Source of the DNA: an uncultured bacterium
GTDB lineage: Bacteria > Zixibacteria > MSB-5A5 > JAABVY01 > JAHJOQ01
Assembly (NCBI GenBank): GCA_965369655.1
Contig: CBDUQR010000018.1
Coordinates: 1-53,311 of the forward strand
Direction: 5' to 3'
Length of the DNA: 53,311 bases
Shown here: positions 19,831 to 29,604 of the stretch, piece after piece
How positions within the stretch are numbered: the first letter of the stretch is position 1
Layout of the letters: each line of letters opens with the position of its first letter
Notes under the pieces: model-generated
The model's database searches: none
Told to the model about the DNA's origin: nothing
Seen by the model: only the letters and a program-made list of their open reading frames with translations
Position numbers and translations under genes: made by a program

Positions 19831-20803
19831 GTCCGTCGAGCAACTCCTTCACCGAATCGATGATCCGCCGTTTAGCCTCGTCGATGGGCATATCGAGAGT
19901 GACTCCTGCAGCGTTTGCGTGGCCACCTCCACCGAGCCTGCTGGCGACCTCGGCGACATCCAGATCGCTCCGGGACCTGATCGAAACTTTTGTCACGTCG
20001 TCCGACATGTCCTTGAACAGTGTGCCAACTTCTACGCCGTTGATCTGAAGCGAGTAGTCGACAATGCCCTCGAAATCGGAGAAGGCCATCCCCCGCCTGT
20101 CGAGAACCTCTCTCGTAAGAGTAAGCGCGCACAGTTTGCCATCGAGGTGTACTTCAGCCGATCGCATAACTTCACCGATCGTCTTTAGCTGCGGTTCCGT
20201 CATGGAGAAATAGATGCTGTCGGTGACACGCCTCACATCCACGCCCGACTCGATCAGATCCGCCGCAATTCGCAGCGCATCCGGAGTGGTTGACGAAAAA
20301 TGAAATCTGCCGGTGTCGGTCAGGATGGCTATGTAGATATTCTCCGCCGATGACCCCTCGAAAACGAAACCATCGGATTTGAGAATCTTGTAGATCATCT
20401 CGCCGACCGACGAAGCTTTCTCGTCAACAAGATTGATTTCGCCATAGAGCGTGTTGCCCCTGTGATGATCGATATTCACGATCCGCACGCCATCTTCGAT
20501 CACAGACTCGACATCGCCGGTGCGATCAAGACTTGTCGCTTCAAGCACGACAACCAGATCAGGATCGAAGCTGTAGCTCGATATGTCTGTGCATATATTA
20601 TCGACTCCGGCGACGAATCTGTACCGTGCCGGAATGTTGCCGTGGTTGTAGAGTACGCATTCTTTGCCGAGACCGGTCAGATATTCACGCACAACCAATT
20701 GGCTGCATATCGAATCGCCATCCGGCTCCCTGTGCGCAGTGATCAGGACCTTCGAGGAATCGCGGAACGCGTCAAGAATCCTGGTTGTTGTCGTCGGGTT
20801 CAT
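19823..20803 (-). CDS. nrnA: DHH family bifunctional oligoribonuclease/PAP phosphatase
   Basis: HREPDGD, NIDHH, TDTGRF, GGGGHANAAG; start set at MNPTT. Confidence 0.88.
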   Translation of the reverse strand: MNPTTTTRILDAFRDSSKVLITAHREPDGDSICSQLVVREYLTGLGKECVLYNHGNIPARYRFVAGVDNICTDISSYSFDPDLVVVLEATSLDRTGDVESVIEDGVRIVNIDHHRGNTLYGEINLVDEKASSVGEMIYKILKSDGFVFEGSSAENIYIAILTDTGRFHFSSTTPDALRIAADLIESGVDVRRVTDSIYFSMTEPQLKTIGEVMRSAEVHLDGKLCALTLTREVLDRRGMAFSDFEGIVDYSLQINGVEVGTLFKDMSDDVTKVSIRSRSDLDVAEVASRLGGGGHANAAGVTLDMPIDEAKRRIIDSVKELLDGHD

Positions 20804-21149
20804 TGTCCTTCTTGATTTCATCAAACAGCGCGTCGATTTTATCTCCATAATCGAGAGACTTATCAATATGGAACGACAGAATCGGGACCTTTCGTATTCG
20901 CAGTCGTTTGCCGAGTTCGGCCTGGATCACTCCTCTTGTCCTTTCGAGAGTTCTGGCAGACTCAGCCTTTTCGATACTGCTCCCCATAGCGGAATAAAAT
21001 ATCTTCGCGATTTCGAGATCCCGGCTCAGTTCTACATCGGTGATGGTGACGAAGCCGAGCCGGGGGCTCTTGATCGTATAGGTCAGGATCCCGGCGACCT
21101 CGCGCTTGATCTGGTCTTTCAGCCTGTCCTGTCTCTTGAATTCTCTCAT
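20772..21149 (-). CDS. rbfA: 30S ribosome-binding factor
   Basis: VTITDVELSRDL, RKVPILSFHID; operon position. Confidence 0.95.
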   Translation of the reverse strand: MREFKRQDRLKDQIKREVAGILTYTIKSPRLGFVTITDVELSRDLEIAKIFYSAMGSSIEKAESARTLERTRGVIQAELGKRLRIRKVPILSFHIDKSLDYGDKIDALFDEIKKDNEPDDNNQDS

Positions 21150-21430
21150 CTTCCGAGATCCATTGAGTAATCTACTATTTCCCCTTCGAGATATTTCTCG
21201 ATTTCCGTCACGATCTTCGATAGCGCGGAATCGACAAACGCGGAGTCATTTGCGACCATACAGACAGCGATCGATGCCCGCTGCCACACATCGTTGTCGC
21301 CTACCTCGGAGATCGATACGTTGTGCTTGTGCCTGATACGATCAAGGACCCTGCGGAGAATCCTGCGCTTGTCTTTCAGAGAGTGGGCAGTGGGCAAATA
21401 TGCTTCGATGCTCAAGAGTCCGACAATCAT
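21146..21430 (-). CDS. DUF503 (YlxP-like) protein
   Basis: HSLKDKRR...NVSISEV; conserved position between infB and rbfA. Confidence 0.9.
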   Translation of the reverse strand: MIVGLLSIEAYLPTAHSLKDKRRILRRVLDRIRHKHNVSISEVGDNDVWQRASIAVCMVANDSAFVDSALSKIVTEIEKYLEGEIVDYSMDLGR

Positions 21431-21432
21431 CT

Positions 21433-23736
21433 CTATAGCTTGCGTGCCACCTGCACTATTACGTATGCTTCGAGCACATCGCCGACTTTCACATCGTCGT
21501 AGCCGTCGATCTTAATGCCGCATTCGAAACCGCTTGCTACCTCTTTCACGTCGTCTTTGAATCGACGTAAGGAGGCTATCTGTCCGGTATAAATGGACAC
21601 GCCGTCCCTGACAACTCGCATACTATTGCTTCTGTTGATCGTACCGGATTGCACAGAGCATCCGGCGATCACGCCCTGTTTCGGAATCCGGAACAACTCC
21701 CGAATCTCGGCGGTTCCCTTGATCTCCTCGGTCTCATCCGGAGTGAGCAGACCTTCAAGCGCGGCCTTCACATCCGACTCGACATCATATATCACTGTGT
21801 AGAGCCTGACGTCGACTTTTTCTCTTGCGGCGATATCGCGAGCCCGGCTGTCGGGTCGCACATGGAAACCGACTACGATCGCCTGTGATGCCGCAGCGAG
21901 CAATATGTCATTTTCATTTATGGCTCCGACGCCCTTGTGGATAATGACAACCCGGACCTCGTCGGTCGAAAGATTTTGCAGCGTGTCGGCGAGGACCTCG
22001 ACTGATCCGTCGACGTCGCCCTTGAGAACACAATTAAGCTCGCTGATCTGTCCTTCGCGAATCTGGTCATAGACATCGGAGAGTGCTACTCGCTTGAAAT
22101 GCCTTATATCCTGTTCCCGTTTAATTCTCTGTCTCTGACGCGCGATACTCCTGGCCTGTGCTTCATCGGTAGCCACGAAGAATCTGTCGCCCGCCTGAGG
22201 TATGCCTGAAAGGCCGGTAACCTGCGCCGGCGTGCCGGGACCAACCTCTGTCATCGGGTTGCCCATGTCGTCGACCATTGTTCTGATTTTCGCGTAAAAG
22301 TTGCCGATCACTGTCGGACTGCCGACTCTGAGCGTGCCGCTTCGTACGAGCACATTGCAGACGACTCCCTTGCCTTTCTCGACCTTCGCCTCTATAACAA
22401 CGCCTCTTGCGCGTATGTCCGGGTTGGCTTTAAGCTCCATCACCTCCGCCTGCAGGAGTATCATTTCGAGGAGTTTATCGACGTTCATCCCTGTCTTGGC
22501 GGAAATCTCGACGGTAATTGTCTTGCCGCCCCAGTCTTCCGAGAGAAGATTATGCTGTGAGAGCTGCTGCCTGACCGTCTCGGCATTCGCATCCGGAAGG
22601 TCCATCTTGTTGATCGCGACTATTATCGGCACTCCAGCCGCACGGGCATGGTCAATGGCCTCGACCGTCTGCTGCTGAACAGCATTATTGGCTGCAACGA
22701 TCAGGACCACAATATCTGTCGCCTGAGCGCCGCGCGCTCTCATCGCAGTAAACGCCGCATGACCGGGCGTATCGAGGAAAGTCAATCGACCGCCCGGGAG
22801 ACGCACCTGGTACGCGCCGATATGTTGAGTGATATGTCCTGATTCGCCATCGACAACGTTCGTATGTCTCAGGTAGTCGAGCAAAGACGTTTTGCCATGA
22901 TTGACATGCCCCATAATCGTGATGATCGGAGGACGATGCTTAAGATAGACTTCATCGAATTCTTCATCATCCTCATCAATCTGATCGACGCCGATCTCTT
23001 TGACTTCCTCTACCTCTAATCCGTATTCGAGAGCGATGGTCTGGATCGTATCGAGATCGAGCCTCTGGTTGATGGTAGCCATCATGCCGAGACTCATGCA
23101 CTTCGCGATCAGCTCCGTTGCCTTGATGCCGATCTCTGAGGCAAGCTCAGCCACCGACATGAACTCAACGACCTGCAGGATATTGTCAACTTCATCTCCA
23201 TCGACATCCGCGCCTCCACCTCGACGCTTGTGCTTCTTCGTTCGCTTGGCACCCTCCATCCTGGCGAGAGTTTTGCGAACTGAATCTGCCACCTCTCGCT
23301 GGTCCGGAGTGCGCCGTCTTTGCCGTCTGTGCCTGTCTTTCTTGCGCCTCTTTTTCTGGTCTGCGGTTGTCTTGACACCTTTGACTGGCTTGGCGCTTTT
23401 TGACTTGATTTTCTCGACGCCTGTTTTTGGAGCTATTTCATCCCATGTTTCAAGCTCTTTTTCCTTGGCTGTCTCTTTCTTCGGCTCCGCTGCTGTCTTT
23501 TTTTCCTCGCGAGCCTTCTGTTCTCTTGCCTTCGTCTTCTCACGCTTGACTTCTATCTCACGCCTGACAGACTCGCGTTCTTTCTTAAACTTAGCGTCGA
23601 TAGCTGCCAGCATTGCGTCATCGGCGGTGCTCATGTGGTTCTTGACAGGATAGCCGAGATCCTTGCACATCTTCACGATGGCTTCGGACGTGATACTGTA
23701 TTCCCTGGCTACCTGATATAGTCTTTTCTTAGCCAT
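21433..23736 (-). CDS. infB: Translation initiation factor IF-2
   Basis: GHVNHGKT, ITQHIGAY, DTPGHAAFTAMRARGA, NKMD, SLRRFKDDV. Confidence 0.98.
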   Translation of the reverse strand: MAKKRLYQVAREYSITSEAIVKMCKDLGYPVKNHMSTADDAMLAAIDAKFKKERESVRREIEVKREKTKAREQKAREEKKTAAEPKKETAKEKELETWDEIAPKTGVEKIKSKSAKPVKGVKTTADQKKRRKKDRHRRQRRRTPDQREVADSVRKTLARMEGAKRTKKHKRRGGGADVDGDEVDNILQVVEFMSVAELASEIGIKATELIAKCMSLGMMATINQRLDLDTIQTIALEYGLEVEEVKEIGVDQIDEDDEEFDEVYLKHRPPIITIMGHVNHGKTSLLDYLRHTNVVDGESGHITQHIGAYQVRLPGGRLTFLDTPGHAAFTAMRARGAQATDIVVLIVAANNAVQQQTVEAIDHARAAGVPIIVAINKMDLPDANAETVRQQLSQHNLLSEDWGGKTITVEISAKTGMNVDKLLEMILLQAEVMELKANPDIRARGVVIEAKVEKGKGVVCNVLVRSGTLRVGSPTVIGNFYAKIRTMVDDMGNPMTEVGPGTPAQVTGLSGIPQAGDRFFVATDEAQARSIARQRQRIKREQDIRHFKRVALSDVYDQIREGQISELNCVLKGDVDGSVEVLADTLQNLSTDEVRVVIIHKGVGAINENDILLAAASQAIVVGFHVRPDSRARDIAAREKVDVRLYTVIYDVESDVKAALEGLLTPDETEEIKGTAEIRELFRIPKQGVIAGCSVQSGTINRSNSMRVVRDGVSIYTGQIASLRRFKDDVKEVASGFECGIKIDGYDDVKVGDVLEAYVIVQVARKL

Positions 23737-23793
23737 TCGCACCTCCTTCAGAATGCTGCCTGACGCGATCCTTCCGGATATCGGACGCTCACA

Positions 23794-25287
23794 TCAGGCG
23801 GGCGGACGTTCCTCTTCCTCGCCTGCTTCGAGCGCCTCTGTGTCAGCGATATCCTCAGCTTCCTGATCAGCCGGCTCCTCATCTTCCGGAACGGATTCAA
23901 CTTCGGATTCGTCAGTTGTCTTCTCCGGCTCCTTGTCGTCGACCTCATCGTCATCGGCATCTATATCGTCATCGATCACAGACTCACCAAATTCAAATTC
24001 ATCATCATCTTTTGCCGCTGCCTCTTCATCGAGACGGGTCTGCAGATCAGCCAGATACTCACGCGAGGACTCGATCAGGCTCTCGGCCTTTTTCGGGCCG
24101 ATGCCGGGAATTGACATCAACTCATCGGTGGATATCGAAGCGATATCTTGTATGTACAGGAAGTCCTCTTCGAGGAGCTTGCTGGTCATTTTGTCGGTTA
24201 TGCCGGGCAGCTTGGAGATTGGGACTTTCGATTCCACTTCCTTGCGCTTTATTTCCGAGAACTCGGACTCGCTGAGAATATTTATTCTCCATCCTACGAG
24301 TTTAGCTGCCAGTCTGGCGTTCTGACCGTTGCGTCCGATAGCGAGCGAAAGCTTATCGTCCTCGACGACGACTGTCATCGCCTGATCTTCCGGTATCAAT
24401 ATAACCCTGGAAACTGGCGCTGGTGAGAGCGCTCTCGTGGCAAATATCTCGGGATCGGGATGCCACTGCACTATATCAATTCTCTCATTGGACAGCTCTC
24501 GAACAATGCTCTGCACGCGCATTCCCTTGATGCCGACGCACGCCCCCACGGGATCGATACGCTCATCCGCAGAACTAACGGCTATCTTGGCGCGTTCACC
24601 CGGTTCGCGGGCGATCACTTTCAATTCGATGATTCGCTCGAATATCTCCGGCACTTCGAGTTCGAACAGCTTTCGGATCATGCCTTCGTGAGATCTCGAA
24701 AGGATGATCTGAGGGCCGCGCTGATTGCGTCTGACGTCAGAAATTAACGCTCTGACACGATCGCCCTGACGGTATCTTTCGCGTGCGATCTGTTCTTCGG
24801 TCGGCAGGACAGCCTCGGCGCGACCGAGATTTATGATAAGATCGCCCTTGTCAATCTGCTGAACACTTCCCGTGACAAGTTCGCCGATCTTCTTGCTGTA
24901 TTCCTCGAAGACCATCTCGCGTTCGGCCTCCCGCACCTTCTGAATCATCAACTGCTTTGCGGTGGCGATAGCGTTGCGGCCGAACTCCTCGAATGCGATG
25001 TATACCTCGACCTCATCGCCCTCTTCTGCGGTCCCATCGATCTCCTGTGCCTCGATCAGACTGATCTCGAGATCGGGACTTGTCACGTTGGAAACCACAG
25101 TCTTCAGGGCATGGATGCTGATTTCGCCCGACGATTGATCGACCTTCACGAAGATGTTGTCGGCGTTGTTGTACTTCTTTTTTGCTGCGGAGAGGAGCGC
25201 CGATTCCAGCGTCTCGACAACATACCGGATTTCAAGGTTCTTCTCTCTGGCGATTTGTGTCATGGCTTCGAGTATGTCGTAACTCAT
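23794..25287 (-). CDS. nusA: Transcription factor NusA
   Basis: FGRNAIATAKQ, AREPGERAK, DPVGACVG, SLAIGRNGQNARLA; acidic tail. Confidence 0.98.
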   Translation of the reverse strand: MSYDILEAMTQIAREKNLEIRYVVETLESALLSAAKKKYNNADNIFVKVDQSSGEISIHALKTVVSNVTSPDLEISLIEAQEIDGTAEEGDEVEVYIAFEEFGRNAIATAKQLMIQKVREAEREMVFEEYSKKIGELVTGSVQQIDKGDLIINLGRAEAVLPTEEQIARERYRQGDRVRALISDVRRNQRGPQIILSRSHEGMIRKLFELEVPEIFERIIELKVIAREPGERAKIAVSSADERIDPVGACVGIKGMRVQSIVRELSNERIDIVQWHPDPEIFATRALSPAPVSRVILIPEDQAMTVVVEDDKLSLAIGRNGQNARLAAKLVGWRINILSESEFSEIKRKEVESKVPISKLPGITDKMTSKLLEEDFLYIQDIASISTDELMSIPGIGPKKAESLIESSREYLADLQTRLDEEAAAKDDDEFEFGESVIDDDIDADDDEVDDKEPEKTTDESEVESVPEDEEPADQEAEDIADTEALEAGEEEERPPA

Positions 25288-25298
25288 TCTGCCACTCC

Positions 25299-25754
25299 TT
25301 AGAAAACTACTTTCCCATACTTAACCTGGACCATCGGCAATTCCACCAATCCCTTGTTCGTATCGAGCCGCAATCTGTCATCCTCAACATTTTCCAGACG
25401 GCCCTCGATCTGATACTGCTTTCCGTCTTCGTCGACACACTGCACTTTCACATTTGCACCCCGTCGACGTCTGAAATCGGCGGCGCTTTCAAGGGGTCGT
25501 TCGAGTCCTGGCGATGAAACCTCAAGTCTGTACGAAGACTCAAAAGGATCAAGATCGTCGAGTTCCCGGCTGATAGCTCGCGAGACGACAGCGCACTGAT
25601 CGAGGGTGATTCCTTCGTCGCAGTCCGCAAACACCCTGATGGTGTGGTGCTTGCCATGCCTGGCAAGCTTCATCTCAACAAGCTTATATCCCTCGCGCTC
25701 GACGATATCGCCGACTCGTTTCTCCAGTTCCTCCCTGCTGATGTCCAAATCCAT
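25299..25754 (-). CDS. rimP: Ribosome maturation factor RimP
   Basis: GITLDQC, LEVSSPGLERPL. Confidence 0.95.
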   Translation of the reverse strand: MDLDISREELEKRVGDIVEREGYKLVEMKLARHGKHHTIRVFADCDEGITLDQCAVVSRAISRELDDLDPFESSYRLEVSSPGLERPLESAADFRRRRGANVKVQCVDEDGKQYQIEGRLENVEDDRLRLDTNKGLVELPMVQVKYGKVVF

Positions 25755-25758
25755 AACC

Positions 25759-25781
25759 AAAAAAGTGGGACACGCCCACTC
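25759..25781 (-). promoter_or_regulatory. rimP leader hairpin/attenuator
   Basis: GAGTGGG-CGTGT-CCCACT-TTTTT immediately 5' of rimP, the form typical of rimP leaders. Confidence 0.7.
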
Positions 25782-25792
25782 CTCAATCTCAA

Positions 25793-25821
25793 AATATACT
25801 ATTCAATGCAATTCGGCGCAA
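25793..25821 (-). promoter_or_regulatory. Sigma-70 promoter of the rimP-nusA-infB operon
   Basis: TTGCGC-17 nt-TATATT. Confidence 0.6.
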
Positions 25822-25829
25822 GTTATTTA

Positions 25830-27551
25830 TCACAGATCCGCGAGTATCTCTTCGACCCTCCAAACCGCCGATGCCAGAGAAACCTCCTCGTGCTTAGGAT
25901 CTCTGCGAGCCTTGATCTCGACATTCCCCGCCTGAAGCGATCTCTTGCCGATCGTCATCCTGAGCGGAATTCCGATAAGATCAGCGTCATTGAGCTTGAC
26001 ACCGGCACGCTCTTCCCTGTCGTCGAGAAGTACGTCAAGATGCGCTTTCCGGCATTTCTCGTACATTTCTTTAGCCGCCGTCCTCACATCCTCGTTGTCG
26101 AAATTGAGCGGCGTTATTATCAACTCGTAAGGCGCGATCGACCTCGGCCAGATGATTCCCTTCTCGTCCGAGAACTTCTCGATCGCCGATTGTGCGGTCC
26201 GGGTAATCCCGATTCCGTAAGAGCCCATGACGAAGGGTCGTTCCTCGCCCTTGTCGTCCATAAATGTCGCGCCCATCGACGCCGAATACTTTGTGCCCAG
26301 ATCGAAAATGTTGCCGACTTCGATCCCCTTCTTGAAGTACAGCACGCCTTTCCCGCAACCGGGACAGGGTTCCCCTTCAGTCACGTTGCGAATATCCGCC
26401 GCGACATTGATGTGATAGTCGCGCCCGCTGTTTGTGTTCAAGTAGTGTTTTTCACTCTGGTTCGCGCCGGTGACAACGTTCCTGACATATCTCACCTCAA
26501 GATCGGCGACAATCTCGACGCCCTCGAGGCCGACTGGACCCGCAAATCCAACAGGCGCACCCGTCACGCGCTCGACAGTCTCCGCGTCAGCGATCTCCAG
26601 AGCCTCACCGCCCAGAACATTCGCGAGCTTGATCTCGTTAATCTCACGGTCGCCTCGAACGAGCGCGGCGATCACCCTGTCGCCAGATTTGTACAGAATC
26701 GTCTTGACCAGCCTGCTCGCAGGCACGTCCAGAAATGCCGTAACTTCCTCGACGGTGCCGGCGTTCGGGGTATCGATAAGTTGCAACTCGCCTTCTTCCT
26801 CGTCGGAGGGGGAACCGCTCTCGACAACCGCTGCCTTTTCGATATTCGCCGCATAGTCGCATTTGTCGCACAGGACAAGAGTGTTCTCACCGCCGTCGGT
26901 TTCGACAACTACCATGAATTCATGTGCGCCGCTTCCTCCCATCGCACCCGTGTCAGATTCGACCATCACTGTATCGAGACCGCACCGATCGAAAAACGCC
27001 TTGTACGCATCAGCCATTTTCTGATAGCTGACTTGTCTCCCCTTCTCGTCCTTGTCGAACGAGTAAGCATCCTTCATGATGAATTCCCGTCCGCGCATAA
27101 GGCCGAACCGAGGCCTGATCTCGTCGCGGAACTTGGTCTGTATCTGGTACAGAATGAGCGGTAGCTGCTTGTAGCTTCGGACTTCGCCCTTGATAATTTC
27201 CGTTATCACTTCTTCATGCGTCGCGCCGAGACAGTGATCGTGGCCGTGTCGATCCCTGAGAACAAACATCGTCTCCCCCGCAACCATCGAGTCCCATCTG
27301 CCTGATTTCTTCCACACCTCGGACGGATGCAGGACAGGCATCAGGAGTTCTATGCCGCCCTGGCGATTCATCTCCTCGCGGCATATCTGACTCACCTTCG
27401 CGATCACATTCTGCATCAGGGGAAGATAAGAATAGACTCCTGCTGCAAGTTTACGGATGTATCCCGCTCGTACGAGAAGCTTGTGGCTGATAAGCTCCGC
27501 TTCGGCAGGTTCTTCTCTCAAAGTCGGTATGTAAGTCTGAGTCCATCTCAT
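25830..27551 (-). CDS. proS: Proline--tRNA ligase (bacterial type with editing insertion)
   Basis: QTKFRDEIRPRFGLMRGREFIMKDAYSF, GIEVGNIF, MGSYGIG. Confidence 0.98.
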   Translation of the reverse strand: MRWTQTYIPTLREEPAEAELISHKLLVRAGYIRKLAAGVYSYLPLMQNVIAKVSQICREEMNRQGGIELLMPVLHPSEVWKKSGRWDSMVAGETMFVLRDRHGHDHCLGATHEEVITEIIKGEVRSYKQLPLILYQIQTKFRDEIRPRFGLMRGREFIMKDAYSFDKDEKGRQVSYQKMADAYKAFFDRCGLDTVMVESDTGAMGGSGAHEFMVVVETDGGENTLVLCDKCDYAANIEKAAVVESGSPSDEEEGELQLIDTPNAGTVEEVTAFLDVPASRLVKTILYKSGDRVIAALVRGDREINEIKLANVLGGEALEIADAETVERVTGAPVGFAGPVGLEGVEIVADLEVRYVRNVVTGANQSEKHYLNTNSGRDYHINVAADIRNVTEGEPCPGCGKGVLYFKKGIEVGNIFDLGTKYSASMGATFMDDKGEERPFVMGSYGIGITRTAQSAIEKFSDEKGIIWPRSIAPYELIITPLNFDNEDVRTAAKEMYEKCRKAHLDVLLDDREERAGVKLNDADLIGIPLRMTIGKRSLQAGNVEIKARRDPKHEEVSLASAVWRVEEILADL

Positions 27552-27702
27552 TGCAAAATCCCGTCAGTTCATGCTTTGTCGATCCAAAAATCTAACAATA
27601 GATTGCCCCGATCGCATTTGTCAAGGTTAAACTCGGAGGAGCTTGGAACTCGGAAGTTAAAAGGAGATAGAATGTCGGCAGAATTTCGGGGATCCTGCTT
27701 AA

Positions 27703-28500
27703 TCAGAAAAGCCAGGAACGATGATTCTCCCCTTTCCAGTTTAGTAGATTCACTCCGATGCCTCCATACTGAGAAATTACGTTCTCAGCATATGATTCTA
27801 ATAGAATGCCCGCCTTGACGAAGTCGTCCTCGACGCTGTAAATGAAATACTTCCCCGGTGCGTCGTAGTAGTGACCGCTACTCGATCTCGGAAATGGAAT
27901 CTCCCCAGAATCTGGGAAAGTCAGCTCGATAAGATCAAGATTGGTCAGCAAGGTGTCGAGAAAATCATCGCATATCCAGGATGTAGCGGTTGTCGTCCCG
28001 CACAAGTATGCGAATGAATTCGTGACGGGACGCCAGGACAGTTCATACGCTGGCGCCGTGAAGCTCGTTTCCCGTGGCTGAACGGCAATTGCTGATTTCG
28101 TGACAACAAGGTCATACACATCTGTCCTATTGCCATCAGAAAACAGGAGTGTGTACTGGCCTTCTGCGATATCCAGTGTCTGAAACGACTGTGCAGGTCC
28201 TAACGCTGTCGCACAGATGCATGGTATATGGATGCCTTTCAGAAATATACCTATCTCCTCCGATCCTATAGTTGCATCATATACAATTGTGTAATTACAG
28301 CAGCCATATATAAGCTCGGTCGACATGCTGAGGAATATCCGGGGAATGCCGACCGAATTGTATTGAGGCTGCCGTTCTGACAATGTGAAGTTAATCCCTC
28401 CTTCGATCGGGAGTGACACCTGGTTTAAAGGATCTGAGCTATGTGAACAGGCAATTATTGACAGAAGGACTAGGATAATTATAGCGCTACGACTACGCAT
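27703..28500 (-). CDS. Hypothetical lipoprotein
   Basis: GGAGGT RBS; signal peptide with lipobox IIAC. Confidence 0.7.
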   Translation of the reverse strand: MRSRSAIIILVLLSIIACSHSSDPLNQVSLPIEGGINFTLSERQPQYNSVGIPRIFLSMSTELIYGCCNYTIVYDATIGSEEIGIFLKGIHIPCICATALGPAQSFQTLDIAEGQYTLLFSDGNRTDVYDLVVTKSAIAVQPRETSFTAPAYELSWRPVTNSFAYLCGTTTATSWICDDFLDTLLTNLDLIELTFPDSGEIPFPRSSSGHYYDAPGKYFIYSVEDDFVKAGILLESYAENVISQYGGIGVNLLNWKGENHRSWLF

Positions 28501-28623
28501 ATATACCTCCAAATGATGACTTAATCTGATTGTAATGACTGTTATTCAACAGGAATGTCAAGTCATTCCGTCGCTTAACAAGCTCCGAGGTCATACCTAC
28601 TCGACTAATCCGGCAGATGTCCA

Positions 28624-28822
28624 GAGGCTGTCCCAAAAGGTCTAAAAGGTTGGTGGTCACGTTTGCGAAGGAAAGCGAGGTCATTCCCGCGCAGGCGGGA
28701 ATCTATTGAATGCGTTGATGTTAAATAGACTCCCGTGGTATCCTGAGCAAAGCGAAGGGCCTTCGCGGGAGTGACAGAGTCAGCTTCCCACATGAGCTAC
28801 TCAGCACTTTTGAGACAACTTC
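28624..28822. mobile_element. 199-bp MITE, copy 2
   Basis: TIR GAGGCTGTCCCAAAAG...CTTTTGAGACAACTTC; interior homologous to copies 1 and 3. Confidence 0.85.
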
Positions 28823-28930
28823 TGGACACGAGTCCTGAGCTTCGTCGGTCGCCGATCCCGATCCCCGAGGGAAAGGATCTGCCGGGCACAACCTGAAATC
28901 GACACCGGCAGTTCCAGCGTTTCGACAAGC

Positions 28931-28959
28931 TTGACTAACTTCGGCGACAACCTTATACT
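28931..28959 (+). promoter_or_regulatory. Sigma-70 promoter of gmk
   Basis: TTGACT-17 nt-TATACT. Confidence 0.7.
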
Positions 28960-28991
28960 GCCTTGAAAATGTTGACCGACGGAGTGCAGGA

Positions 28992-29600
28992 ATGAGTCCC
29001 CAGCAACGACTGATAGTTCTTTCCGGTCCATCCGGCTCAGGCAAGGCGACATTGCTGAACTATATTACCAGTCATACTGACATAAAAAGAGTCGTTACTT
29101 TCACGACACGCGAGCCGAGACCGGGAGAGGTTGATGGCGTCGACTATAATTTCATTACGTGGGACAAGTTCGATCGTATGCTCCGAGACGGCGACTTGGT
29201 AGAAGCTGAACGCGTATACGGTGACTACTACTACGGTTCACCTCGTGATATCTTTGCCGGAACTGATGGCGATGTCATAATGGAACTCGATACCGAAGGA
29301 GCGAATAACTACCGGAAGCACTACGAGAACATTCTCACGGTCTTCATCCTTCCCCCCAGCATTGCAGTGCTCGTCGATAGAATCGAGAAGCGTCACAAAG
29401 AGACCAACTTTGGTGGAAGACTGCGTTCTGCCATACCTCAGATCGAGGTGGCAGCCGAGTATGATTATATTGTCGTCAATGACGACATCGAGAGGGTTGG
29501 TACTGAGATTGTCGACTTCCTGCAGACAAGACAAGAAGATACGAACCGCTCGGAGAAACTTGCCCTCGCCCGAAGGCTCATCCGCGAACTTGCGCAGTAG
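28992..29600 (+). CDS. gmk: Guanylate kinase
   Basis: SGPSGSGK, TTREPRPGEVDGVDYNF, YYGS, YDYIVVNDD. Confidence 0.88.
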   Translation: MSPQQRLIVLSGPSGSGKATLLNYITSHTDIKRVVTFTTREPRPGEVDGVDYNFITWDKFDRMLRDGDLVEAERVYGDYYYGSPRDIFAGTDGDVIMELDTEGANNYRKHYENILTVFILPPSIAVLVDRIEKRHKETNFGGRLRSAIPQIEVAAEYDYIVVNDDIERVGTEIVDFLQTRQEDTNRSEKLALARRLIRELAQ

Positions 29601-29604
29601 CTCT

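Noticed and set aside
23748-23800. SRP RNA suggested by a CCGGAAGG hairpin between nusA and infB
   Set aside because: Lacks the CAGG...AGCAG internal loop and is too short; just a local hairpin
14204-27164. Long plus-strand ORFs (14204-15475, 15485-16366, 16469-17767, 25644-27164 and others)
   Set aside because: Antisense shadows of conserved minus-strand housekeeping genes, without motifs of their own
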